This document shows positions 8,151 to 16,618 of a stretch of DNA of 32,000 nt, in pieces (within the stretch, counting starts at the first letter, position 1; each line of letters begins with the position of its first letter). The position numbers were made by a program, and so were the translations under genes. The stretch covers positions 91,446 to 123,445 of the forward strand of contig CANRIS010000001.1 of the NCBI GenBank assembly GCA_947630725.1. The letters are read 5' to 3'. Source of the DNA: an uncultured Clostridia bacterium (GTDB taxonomy: Bacteria; Bacillota; Clostridia; Lachnospirales; CAG-274). Below the pieces are notes generated by a model, which was not told the DNA's origin, did not search any database, and saw only the letters and a list, made by a program, of their open reading frames with translations.

Positions 8151-8198
8151 AAAAGGACGCTTGCGCCATCTTTCTCAAAATGTGCCAAACGTCCTTTT
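8151..8198. terminator. A-tract / hairpin / T-tract element between convergent genes
   Basis: AAAAGGACG (8151-8159) pairs with CGTCCTTTT (8190-8198). The 30-nt loop is long, so this is uncertain. Confidence 0.45.
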
Positions 8199-8278
8199 TT
8201 ATTCCCGCCGACAGGCTTATACCAAAAATGTAAAAGCCGTATTCTGTTTATACGTCAGGAATTATCAGTCGGGGATTA

Positions 8279-9133
8279 TCAGTCAAGGGTGCCGAAAATA
8301 AGATTCGGGTCATAGGACTCATCGTTGTGAGTAAGATAAAACTCAAGGTGGGGTCCCATTGCCGACTGAAAATCCGTAGGCTCTCCTATTCCTGCAATTA
8401 TATCGCCTGCGTTTACGATGTCACCTACAGCAACCGGAACATTCTCCTCCAGTTGACTGTATGTAGACATCCAGCCATTGCCATGATCTATAACAACGAA
8501 GTTTCCGTTTATTTCGTCATAGCCTGCATCATAAACCACTCCATCGGCGGAGGCTGCCACAGGCGTGCCTATCTCTCCTGCTATACATATAGTATCGTTA
8601 GTTCTGTACTGTTCAAGAGTCGGGTCAAATACGGCCACTTCGGGACTGTAATCCATAACTATTCTGCCTTCCACAGGCATAAGCATCTCCTGACTGTTTT
8701 CGTCAAAAGCAAACAGCTCATGAGCCGAGGCCGTTTTTGTATCGCTTTCGGACTTATTCTCGGACTTATCGCCTGTTTTGTTATCCTCTGCGCCGTCACG
8801 GGGCTTTTCCGCACTATTCGCCTCATTGTTTGCAGTGCTTTTGGCATTGTCGGCAGGCTCTCCCGAAGCTTTGTCGACAGGCTTTGACGATGCGCCCGAT
8901 GTCTTTGACGAACTGTCGGGAGTGGTCTTTTCCGAGCTTTCTTCCTTATAGCTTTTGTCTCTGCTGTTGTTCACAGCCTCGTCATAGCCCGTAAGCCCCT
9001 CCTCCTCATATCTTCCGACTGCGCTGTCAAAAACAGCAACCCCCGCCGCAAGAACGACAACAAGAGCGACACAGCAATAGATCGCAGCGGCATAGCCGTT
9101 TTCTCTGAAAAACTTTTTTATTTTTTCTTTCAC
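8279..9133 (-). CDS. membrane-anchored LytM/M23 domain protein with degenerate catalytic motifs (SpoIIQ-like architecture)
   Basis: GTG start with GGAGGTG 8 nt upstream. N-terminal TM (AAIYCCVALVVVLAAGVAVF), a S/K/E-rich linker and a C-terminal M23 fold (GTPVAASADGVV...VIDHGNGWMSTYSQL...GPHLEFYL). Confidence 0.8.
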   Translation of the reverse strand: MKEKIKKFFRENGYAAAIYCCVALVVVLAAGVAVFDSAVGRYEEEGLTGYDEAVNNSRDKSYKEESSEKTTPDSSSKTSGASSKPVDKASGEPADNAKSTANNEANSAEKPRDGAEDNKTGDKSENKSESDTKTASAHELFAFDENSQEMLMPVEGRIVMDYSPEVAVFDPTLEQYRTNDTICIAGEIGTPVAASADGVVYDAGYDEINGNFVVIDHGNGWMSTYSQLEENVPVAVGDIVNAGDIIAGIGEPTDFQSAMGPHLEFYLTHNDESYDPNLIFGTLD

Positions 9134-9226
9134 TTAAAAAACACCTCCGTACAAGTATTATTGACAGAGGTGTCTGTTAATATTCAGTTTAAATATATTT
9201 TTTTGGCTGCCGACCTCATTATGTCC

Positions 9227-10696
9227 TCAGATCCTCAGCTTTTTTATTGCGTCAATAAATTCATCGTTGTTTTTTGTCTTAAGCATAATATCGTTAAAAT
9301 TTGTCATTATATCCGCAGTGCCTGCGCTTGCGGCAATTTTTCTTATGGAATATACGCAGTCAAGCTCTCCGGGGCTTAACAGATCCTCCTCACGTCTTGT
9401 GCCTGACTTCATTATATCTATGGCAGGAAAGATCCGTCTTTCAGAAAGTCTGCGGTCGAGAACAAGCTCCATATTGCCCGTTCCCTTAAATTCCTCAAAC
9501 ACGACATCGTCCATCTTGCTGCCTGTTTCCACCAGAGCGGTAGCGAGTATAGTCAGACTTCCTCCGTCCTCAATGTTCCTTGCGGCTCCGAAAAATTTTT
9601 TCGGCATATAAAGGGACGCAGGATCAAGTCCACCCGAAAGCGTTCTTCCGCTGGAGGGTACGGTGAGGTTGTAGGCTCTTGCAAGCCTTGTAATGCTGTC
9701 CAAAAGAACAACTATGTCCTTGCCCTGTTCAACAAGTCTCTTTGCTCTTTCAAGCACCATTTCAGCCACTCTCTTGTGATGCTCGGGCTGTTCGTCAAAG
9801 GTCGAATATACAACGTCCACATTTTCTCCTTTTATAGAGCGCTGCATATCTGTGACCTCCTCGGGTCTTTCATCTATTAAAAGTACAATAATATAAACAT
9901 CGGGATAATTCTTTTTGATCGCATTGGCGATTTTTTTGAGAAGTACGGTTTTGCCTGCTTTGGGCTGAGCCACTATCATACCTCTCTGGCCTTTGCCTAT
10001 GGGTGAGATCAGATCGATCGTTCTTGTGGAAATATTTTTTTGATCCGTTTCGAGCCTGAGTTTCTCCGAAGGATATACGGGAGTAAGGTTTTCAAAGCTC
10101 GGACGGCGGATTGCCGCTCCGGGGGAATCCCCGTTTACGGTCTGTACATAAATCAATGCGTTATATTTTTCTCCCTCTCGCTGAGGACGTGTTATTCCCT
10201 CGACATGATCGCCCGTTTTCAGATTGAAACGCTTTATCTGAACGGGTGATATATATACGTCCTTTGGCCCCGGAAGAAAATTCTCCTGTCTGAGAAATCC
10301 ATATCCCTCGGACAGAACCTCCAGAACTCCGCCCTCGATCGAAGAGCTTTGAGATGCTCCTTCTTTTTTGTCATCGGCGGAGGTTTCCGAAGCTTCGTTT
10401 ATTTCGTCTTTTTCATTTTTTTCGATTTTTTCGTCTTTTTCGTATTTTTCATCCTGTGGGGCGTTGTTTTCCGAAGGATTATAGGCCTCATCGGGATATT
10501 TTGTCGCCTCCTGCCGTTCAGGCTCCAAATCCGATGAAAGTCCACCGTTATACGGCGGACTTTCCTGATTATCATCCTTAACGACATCTTTTAATTTTTC
10601 AATAAGGCGGGCCTTTGAATATGTTGTAACACTTTTTACTCCCTTCGATCTGGCGAGACTGCGCAGCTCGGGAAGCGTCATTTTTTCAAATTCCAT
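9227..10696 (-). CDS. rho: transcription termination factor Rho (with N-terminal acidic insertion)
   Basis: Rho_N ([17 protein letters not shown]), a CSD-like segment [14 protein letters not shown], Walker [24 protein letters not shown] and the C-terminal [10 protein letters not shown]. Confidence 0.95.
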   Translation of the reverse strand: MEFEKMTLPELRSLARSKGVKSVTTYSKARLIEKLKDVVKDDNQESPPYNGGLSSDLEPERQEATKYPDEAYNPSENNAPQDEKYEKDEKIEKNEKDEINEASETSADDKKEGASQSSSIEGGVLEVLSEGYGFLRQENFLPGPKDVYISPVQIKRFNLKTGDHVEGITRPQREGEKYNALIYVQTVNGDSPGAAIRRPSFENLTPVYPSEKLRLETDQKNISTRTIDLISPIGKGQRGMIVAQPKAGKTVLLKKIANAIKKNYPDVYIIVLLIDERPEEVTDMQRSIKGENVDVVYSTFDEQPEHHKRVAEMVLERAKRLVEQGKDIVVLLDSITRLARAYNLTVPSSGRTLSGGLDPASLYMPKKFFGAARNIEDGGSLTILATALVETGSKMDDVVFEEFKGTGNMELVLDRRLSERRIFPAIDIMKSGTRREEDLLSPGELDCVYSIRKIAASAGTADIMTNFNDIMLKTKNNDEFIDAIKKLRI

Positions 10697-10942
10697 AGGT
10701 GCTCCTCCCTGTATGCGAACACCGAGCCGAAAGCGAAATTTTCTGCCAATCCCGTCATAAACAATGATATTTTCGCAGCTTTGCCCCTTCGGGCAGTTTT
10801 ACGCCAAGGGGATCATATTGAAAATCCCTTTTCGGCATTCGGCGCAGCGCATATTTTATGATGTCTTTTTATAAACCTATGAATATTATACCATAAATCA
10901 ATAGGGTAAATCAATAGGGTTTTTCAAGCCCTATTATGCCCA

Positions 10943-12100
10943 TTATGCTGCCGGAATAATAAGCTCCTGACCGATCGAAAGATTTGTGCTTGAGCCCATA
11001 TTGTTTGCCTTTTGTATGAGATCGTACTTTGTCTGATCTCCAAGCTCGTTTGCGGCTATCTTATAGAGCGTGTCTCCGGGCTGTACGACATATTTTGTCT
11101 GACCGTCCGAACCTGCAGCGCTCTGAGCCTCTGAGGTAGGCTCCGAAGCATTGGGATCCGAAACCGCTGCGCCTGCGGCTACCGTTTCGGGTTCTGTGAG
11201 TTCTGAGATCTTTACATTGAGCTGTTCGACCTTCTGGTTGTATTCGTTCAGCATATCGTCATACTTTGTCTTTTCCTCCGCAAGCTCTCTGCTGAGACTG
11301 CGGTTGTTTATAAAGAGGGCTGTCATAACAAGAAGCACTATGACAAGAAGTATCGTAAGAGCCACTACCTTGAGTGAAAATTCTACTCCGCCGCCCGACT
11401 TTTCATAGTCGTCATCGTCATAGTCGTCATAATCGTCGTCATATTCGTCCTCGTATATGTCATCGTCATACTCGTCCTCATATGTATCTTCGTATGAGTC
11501 CTCATATTCGTCCTCATAATATTCTTTTTTCTTGGGCTTTGATCTCTTTTTCATACCTGCTGCCGCCTTTCTTTTTCTTGTGGGTGCCTTTGCAGTCTCC
11601 TCGGACGGCTTTTGGGCTGCCTCGTCAGAGGCCTCCTCCTCCGTCTCTTTCTTCTTAGTCTTTTCAGGGCTGACTTTTCTTATTCTTTTTGTGGGGATAC
11701 TCTCCACAGCGTCTTCCGAATCTGCAGAGCTGTCCGCTTCGGGTGTTTTGTCGGCGTTTTCGGCGTTTTCGGCATTTTCGTCTCCGACCGTCTCTGCTGC
11801 TATTTCTTCTGCTGCCTCGTCCTCATCGGAATAAGAGCCGTATTCGGATCCGCCGTCATCCGAAAGCTTTTTATTTATATCTTCAAGAAAATCCTCATGC
11901 TCTCTTTCGGATCTTTCGTCTCTGCTGCCGGTATAAAAATTTTTTCCGTCATCAGAGGCGTATTCTTCAAACAGACTTTTAACTATATTTTTTGTTTCAT
12001 CATCGGCATGGAAACCATAGGAGCTTTTGCCCTCGGTTTCGCCCTGACTTCCTCGCTGCCCGCCTCGTCTTCCAAGCGAGCGCACCTTAGGATTGCTCAT
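10943..12100 (-). CDS. LysM domain membrane protein with a long acidic disordered N-terminal region
   Basis: GGAGG RBS. A single TM (VVALTILLVIVLLVMTALFI), a coiled-coil stretch and a C-terminal LysM (YVVQPGDTLYKIAANELGD...LSIGQELIIP). Confidence 0.8.
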   Translation of the reverse strand: MSNPKVRSLGRRGGQRGSQGETEGKSSYGFHADDETKNIVKSLFEEYASDDGKNFYTGSRDERSEREHEDFLEDINKKLSDDGGSEYGSYSDEDEAAEEIAAETVGDENAENAENADKTPEADSSADSEDAVESIPTKRIRKVSPEKTKKKETEEEASDEAAQKPSEETAKAPTRKRKAAAGMKKRSKPKKKEYYEDEYEDSYEDTYEDEYDDDIYEDEYDDDYDDYDDDDYEKSGGGVEFSLKVVALTILLVIVLLVMTALFINNRSLSRELAEEKTKYDDMLNEYNQKVEQLNVKISELTEPETVAAGAAVSDPNASEPTSEAQSAAGSDGQTKYVVQPGDTLYKIAANELGDQTKYDLIQKANNMGSSTNLSIGQELIIPAA

Positions 12101-12298
12101 TTTATAACCTCCATATATTTAACACGCTGCACAAAAGTTCTTGTTTTGACATTCTGCTGCTTATACCATTTTATTATTTTACAGACAAATTGTCAAGCAG
12201 ATTGATAAAATTTTAAAAAATATATGTTTTTTCCTGCCGTTTTTTTATTTTTTGAGGTATTTTTTAATTGAATTTTAAAAATAAACTTAAATATCCAC

Positions 12299-12327
12299 TT
12301 TACATCCGACCAAAAAAACTTTATACT
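12299..12327 (+). promoter_or_regulatory. candidate sigma-A promoter of mecA
   Basis: TTTACA (12299-12304), a 17-nt spacer, then TATACT (12322-12327). Confidence 0.45.
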
Positions 12328-12381
12328 ATATATACAGAGACTTGATCCAAGGGTCAGGTCATAAATAAGGAAGTGAATATT

Positions 12382-13038
12382 ATGAAAATGGAAAAGATTA
12401 GCGAGAATCAGGTTCGCTTTACCCTTACACGCAGCGATCTGCAAACCAGAAATATAAAACTCTCCGATCTTACATATGATTCCGAAAAGACTAAGCTTCT
12501 TTTTAAGGAAATGCTTGACGAGGCTCACAAAACCTGTGACTTTCGTCTTGAAAACACTCCCCTTATGATAGAGGCCATGCCTATCGAGGACGGTATAATT
12601 ATAATTATTTCAAAGGTCGAAAACAACAAGACCATCAAAAACGGCTTTGACTTTCTTCCCGAAAGCAAAGAGGTCGGGAAATACCGTCCCGGAAGCTTTA
12701 TAGACATAAAAGAAGAGGCTCCCGAGCTTAAGGATCCCAAAAACAGCAAAATATCCGTATTTTCGTTCAGATCCATTGACGATGCGGCTTTCGGCGCAAA
12801 GAGAATTTCGGCGTCCTTTTTCGGAAAAAGCTCTCTTTATAAGAGAAAAAGCCTGTATTATCTTATTCTTGTAAGAAACCGCCTTGACGCGCAGCTTGAA
12901 GAAGACAACCTCGAGGTACTTCTTTCGGAATATGGGACAAAGCAGGTCTCTACCAATGTTTTTGCGGCAAGCATAGCCGAACACGGCGAAGCAATAATAA
13001 AAAGCAACGCCGTAAACATTCTTTCATCAATATTCTGA
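12382..13038 (+). CDS. mecA: adaptor protein MecA
   Basis: MKMEKISENQVRFTLTRSDLQTRNIKLSDL... is a typical MecA N-terminus. AAGGAAG lies 8 nt upstream of ATG 12382. Confidence 0.8.
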   Translation: MKMEKISENQVRFTLTRSDLQTRNIKLSDLTYDSEKTKLLFKEMLDEAHKTCDFRLENTPLMIEAMPIEDGIIIIISKVENNKTIKNGFDFLPESKEVGKYRPGSFIDIKEEAPELKDPKNSKISVFSFRSIDDAAFGAKRISASFFGKSSLYKRKSLYYLILVRNRLDAQLEEDNLEVLLSEYGTKQVSTNVFAASIAEHGEAIIKSNAVNILSSIF

Positions 13039-13075
13039 CCCACAAAGCAAAACCTACAGAAAAGGAGATATTCAA

Positions 13076-13609
13076 ATGTTTTTACCAATCAATCTGCTAA
13101 CGGACGTTACCGAGGTGACAAATGCCTCGGGGGGCGGCTTTCATCTTTCCGGCACCGACATACTTCTGATACTCGTTATGGTATTGGCTGCCGCCGTGGT
13201 GGGGCTCTTCTTTCTGAGCCGCTGGGCAACAAACAAGTATGACACCCAACAGGAGACCATCGAAAAAATAAAGCAGTCCGCAACCATCTATGTCATAAGC
13301 AAAAAGCACGACAAGGCCTCAAACGTAAACCTCCCGAAGGTAGTTATGGAGCAGATGCCCAAAATGGGAAAAATGATGAAGATGTACTTTGTTCAGGCAA
13401 AGATAGGTCCCCAGATAATGACGCTTATAACAGACAAGAACGTATATAACGCCATACCCGTCAAAAAAAATGTAAAGGCGGAGCTTGCGGGACTTTATAT
13501 AGTGTCCATCGCAGGGCTTAAATCCCCCGAAGAAATAAAGAAAATCAAAAAAGAAAAAAAGAAAAAAGAAAAGGAAGAAGCCAAGGCTGCGAAAAAATCC
13601 AAAAAATAA
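13076..13609 (+). CDS. hypothetical single-pass membrane protein with a Lys-rich tail
   Basis: AAGGAG RBS, a TM (ILLILVMVLAAAVVGLFFL) and a C-terminal KKIKKEKKKKEKEEAKAAKKSKK. It starts 37 nt after mecA. Confidence 0.6.
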   Translation: MFLPINLLTDVTEVTNASGGGFHLSGTDILLILVMVLAAAVVGLFFLSRWATNKYDTQQETIEKIKQSATIYVISKKHDKASNVNLPKVVMEQMPKMGKMMKMYFVQAKIGPQIMTLITDKNVYNAIPVKKNVKAELAGLYIVSIAGLKSPEEIKKIKKEKKKKEKEEAKAAKKSKK

Positions 13610-13657
13610 GGTATTTTTCGGGAATTTTTCCGTATGTAAAATTTTTCAAAAAAACTC

Positions 13658-13686
13658 TTGACAAATCATTTACTATGCACTATAAT
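13658..13686 (+). promoter_or_regulatory. consensus sigma-A promoter of the tRNA operon
   Basis: TTGACA (13658-13663), a 17-nt spacer, then TATAAT (13681-13686). Confidence 0.8.
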
Positions 13687-13744
13687 AATTCTTGTCGCTG
13701 AGAAAAACCCCATTCCCCCCTTCCCGTTTCTTGGCGGCAAAGAT

Positions 13745-13817
13745 GCCCAGGTAGCTCAGTTGGTAGAGCAGCGGACTGAAAATCCGCGTGTGGGCGGTTC
13801 GATTCCGTCCCTGGGCA
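13745..13817 (+). tRNA. tRNA-Phe (GAA)
   Basis: Hand-folded cloverleaf: acceptor GCCCAGG/CCTGGGC, anticodon loop CTGAAAA, T-loop TTCGATT. Confidence 0.9.
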
Positions 13818-13828
13818 CTTTATAATAT

Positions 13829-13899
13829 GCGGGTGTGGTTCAATGGTAGAACATCAGCCTTCCAAGCTGAGGACGAGGGTTCGATTCCCTTCACCCGCT
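13829..13899 (+). tRNA. tRNA-Gly (TCC)
   Basis: Acceptor GCGGGTG/CACCCGC, anticodon loop CTTCCAA, T-loop TTCGATT. Confidence 0.9.
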
Positions 13900-13929
13900 C
13901 TTATCAAAAATATTTTATGTTTTTATTTT

Positions 13930-14001
13930 GCGCGAATGGCTCAGTGGTAGAGCATCGCCTTGCCAAGGCGAGGGCCGCGGGTTCGAATCCCGTTTCGCGC
14001 T
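13930..14001 (+). tRNA. tRNA-Gly (GCC)
   Basis: Acceptor GCGCGAA/TTCGCGC, anticodon loop TTGCCAA, T-loop TTCGAAT. Confidence 0.9.
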
Positions 14002-14032
14002 CTTTTTATGCCCGGATTTATTTGAAACAAAA

Positions 14033-14349
14033 CAAAAGCCGTATTCCCTCATCAAAGAAATACAGCTTAGACTGTCAAAAAAGTAATAAGTATATAAAAA
14101 GTGTCGCAGACTTTAATACGCAGGTAGTGTCCGAAAGAAATCGGATTGCCCGAAGGGCAACTTTTCCGCAAGGAAAAGCACTGATGGTGTCCGAAAGATG
14201 TCGGATTGCCCGAAGAGCAGCTTTTCCGCAAGGAAAAGCACTGAGCGTGAGCTTCGCCTGTCCTTCATCCAAATGAAGTCGCTTATATTTACGGCACGCA
14301 CATTTAAGCCGCATCAAAAGCCGTATTCCCTCATCAAAGAAATACGGCT
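14033..14349 (+). repeat. mosaic hairpin-cassette repeat (locus B) bracketed by a 35-nt direct duplication of the tRNA-operon terminator
   Basis: CAAAAGCCGTATTCCCTCATCAAAGAAATAC[A/G]GCT occurs at 14033-14067 and 14315-14349, differing by one mismatch. Between the two copies lie GTCGCAGACTTTAA (14103-14116), two 60-nt units, and the core CCAAATGAAGTCGC (14269-14282). Confidence 0.8.
14127..14246 (+). repeat. 2 x 60-nt tandem repeat, each unit made of three mini-hairpins
   Basis: Units 14127-14186 and 14187-14246 are 54/60 identical. Unit 1 hairpins are TCCGA-AAGAAA-TCGGA, TTGCCC-GAA-GGGCAA and CTTTTCC-GCAA-GGAAAAG. Confidence 0.85.
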
Positions 14350-14356
14350 CTTTTTA
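14316..14356 (+). terminator. rho-independent terminator of the tRNA operon (possibly bidirectional)
   Basis: AGCCGTAT (14319-14326) pairs with ATACGGCT (14342-14349), followed by CTTTTTATTT. Confidence 0.7.
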
Positions 14357-14411
14357 TTTATCTTAAAACTGATTTTGCGTATTGTTTTTATGTAGAAACC
14401 GACTTTGTATG

Positions 14412-15911
14412 TCACTCGCCTTCGTGGGTGCCGGGACGGTGCATATTTACCAGAGAAATACCCGTGTCGTCACAGGTCTTTATTACCTCCTTGTTGGCTG
14501 TGGCCTTAAGCAGAGGCTCATAGTCCTTCTTTATTTCCGAAAGTGACCTTGCCTTGCCGGGGCCGTTTATACAGCCGCCGTCACATACCATACCTTCCAT
14601 TACGTCTGCCTGGAAACGGTTCACCTTAAGCAGCATAAGATTCTTTTTGCACTCGTCCACGCCGTTGCAGAGAACTCCTGTGGGAGGCTCCACGCCCTTC
14701 TCCTGGCACACCTTTACAACGGCTCCGAATACTCCGCCGCTTTTAGCAAACTGTTTTCCGTAGAAAGAAGCCACTTCTTCCTCGGGCTCGTATTTTGAAA
14801 AGTCGATCTCCTTTGTATATATCATGGCTCCCATTTCGTCAAATGTAAGGCAATAGTCTATCTCCTTGGGATAGCGGCTCTTTACCTCGTTTTTCTTTGC
14901 GATACAGGGGCCTACAAAGACTATCTTCGCATCGGGATAAAGTCTTTTTATATGTCTTGCCACGCCAACCATAGGCGAAACCGTTGTGGAAACATTTTCC
15001 ATAATGGTGGGATAGTGTCTGTCTATGAGGTTGAAAAACGCAGGACAGCAGGAGGTAGTGGTCTTTTTGCCCTCGGCAACTCTTTCAATAACCTCCTCAG
15101 CCTCTCTGTATGCGGTTATGTCGCCTCCCAGAGATACCTCAAAGCAGTCGTCAAAGCCCAGATCCTTTATGCCCGCCTTAAGCGCCTTTACCGAATAAGG
15201 CCCGTACTGACCTTCTACCGAAGGAGCCACCATTGCGATTACCTTTGTTTTGGGATCCATTATTTCGGCGATTACTGCGGAAAGCTGAGACACATCGGCT
15301 ATTGCTCCGAATGGACAGGCAACTGCGCAGCGGCCGCAGTTGATACATTTTTCTTCATTTATAACGGCTATTTTGTTTCCCTCGGCTATCTCGATGGCCG
15401 ACACGGGACAGCTCTTTTTGCAGGGTCTTTCGGTATCAACTATTGCGTTGTAGGGGCAGGCCTTCATACAGGCTCCGCACTCCTTGCATTTTGTCCTGTC
15501 AATGACTGCGCCGTGAGCCGTCTTTGTGATAGCCCCGAAGCGGCAGGCCTTTACACACTTCTGCGCAAGGCAGGTATGACAGTTGTTGGTTACGGTAAAT
15601 CTTTCGATGGGACAGCCCTCGCACGCAGGAGGAATAACATAAACTATCTGATGAGGATCCTTGTTGTCGTACCACTCGTTTATGGGCAGTCTGCCCATAG
15701 CGAGCCGCACTCTGTCCGCCATAACCGCTCTTTCCTTATAAACGCAGCACCTGAAAACAGGGCTGAGTCTGTTTGTAAGCTCAAAGGGTATAGACTCATA
15801 GTGACTTAATATAGTCCCCTCATATGAATATTTGGCTACCTTTATGAGGATAGCTCTTTTGATATCGCTTATATCGGTAATATCGTTTAAAATACCTATA
15901 TCCTTCAACAA
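14412..15911 (-). CDS. [FeFe] hydrogenase-family protein with an N-terminal multi-[4Fe-4S] region (group B-like)
   Basis: Ferredoxin-type motifs CKECGACMKACP and CINCGRCAVACP. H-cluster motifs TSCCPAF (L1), GPCIAKKNE (L2) and MVCDGGCINGPG (L3). Confidence 0.85.
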   Translation of the reverse strand: MLKDIGILNDITDISDIKRAILIKVAKYSYEGTILSHYESIPFELTNRLSPVFRCCVYKERAVMADRVRLAMGRLPINEWYDNKDPHQIVYVIPPACEGCPIERFTVTNNCHTCLAQKCVKACRFGAITKTAHGAVIDRTKCKECGACMKACPYNAIVDTERPCKKSCPVSAIEIAEGNKIAVINEEKCINCGRCAVACPFGAIADVSQLSAVIAEIMDPKTKVIAMVAPSVEGQYGPYSVKALKAGIKDLGFDDCFEVSLGGDITAYREAEEVIERVAEGKKTTTSCCPAFFNLIDRHYPTIMENVSTTVSPMVGVARHIKRLYPDAKIVFVGPCIAKKNEVKSRYPKEIDYCLTFDEMGAMIYTKEIDFSKYEPEEEVASFYGKQFAKSGGVFGAVVKVCQEKGVEPPTGVLCNGVDECKKNLMLLKVNRFQADVMEGMVCDGGCINGPGKARSLSEIKKDYEPLLKATANKEVIKTCDDTGISLVNMHRPGTHEGE

Positions 15912-16027
15912 TTTTCACTCCCTTTTTTAAATATTCCTTCTTGTATATATCTGTCTATATAATACTATATATCGGTTGTTTTGTCAACAGCGCCGAAAGT
16001 CTGCGTTGGGGTCGTTTCGGGTATTTT

Positions 16028-16489
16028 TCAGCTTTCTTTGTTTTTGAGAAGTCCTGCAAGCTCAGCCATAAAGGAGTCTATATCCTTGAACTGCTTATAT
16101 ACCGATGCAAAACGCACATACGCCACCTCATCGACCTCCTTAAGCTTGTTCATAACAAGCTCGCCTATGTCTCTGCTGAAAACCTCCTTGCCAAGGGTGT
16201 TATATACGGTGTTTTCGATCTCTCTTACCATATTTTCCATCTGTTCCATAGAAACGGGACGCTTGTTGCAGGAGCGCTGTATGCCGCCGAGAATTTTGTT
16301 TCTGTCGAAAGTCTCCCTTGTGTTGTCGCTTTTTATAACTACAATAGGCACTATATCGACTCTCTCAAACGTAGTGAATTTTTCTCCGCATTTTTCACAT
16401 TGTCTTCTTCTCCTTATGGCATTGCCTTCGTCCATTGTCCTTGTATCCAGAACCTTTGAATCTACGCTGCCGCAGAACGGACATTTCAT
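16028..16489 (-). CDS. nrdR: transcriptional repressor NrdR
   Basis: MKCPFCGSVDSKVLDTR...CEKCGEKFTTFE zinc ribbon plus an ATP-cone. I chose ATG 16489, with AGAGG 8 nt upstream. Confidence 0.93.
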   Translation of the reverse strand: MKCPFCGSVDSKVLDTRTMDEGNAIRRRRQCEKCGEKFTTFERVDIVPIVVIKSDNTRETFDRNKILGGIQRSCNKRPVSMEQMENMVREIENTVYNTLGKEVFSRDIGELVMNKLKEVDEVAYVRFASVYKQFKDIDSFMAELAGLLKNKES

Positions 16490-16618
16490 TCTATACACCT
16501 CTTTATTATAAATTATAATTTATTTATATATATAACCGAAAATAATTGTCTGAACATACAGACTTATACCCCGCAGCAAAGTCTGTGCCAAAAGCCGCAT
16601 AGGTTCTTATCGGCGGGG

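Noticed and set aside
13788-14276. 162-aa ORF spanning the tRNA genes
   Set aside because: It reads straight through two tRNA genes and the repeat element, and it has no RBS.
14316-14349. Group II intron domain V look-alike (AGCCGUAU...AUACGGCU)
   Set aside because: There is no 2-nt bulge, no second helix, no GNRA loop, no other intron domains and no RT/maturase ORF. It behaves as a plain terminator hairpin.
14198-14395. ORF-track ORFs 14198-14395 (+) and 31169-31363 (-) sharing the peptide QMKSLIFT, considered as real proteins
   Set aside because: The shared peptide comes from the conserved nucleotide core. The copies diverge by indels that break the frame right after it, there is no SD, and the ORFs run through terminator hairpins. 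This is kept only as a low-probability micro-ORF alternative in the findings.
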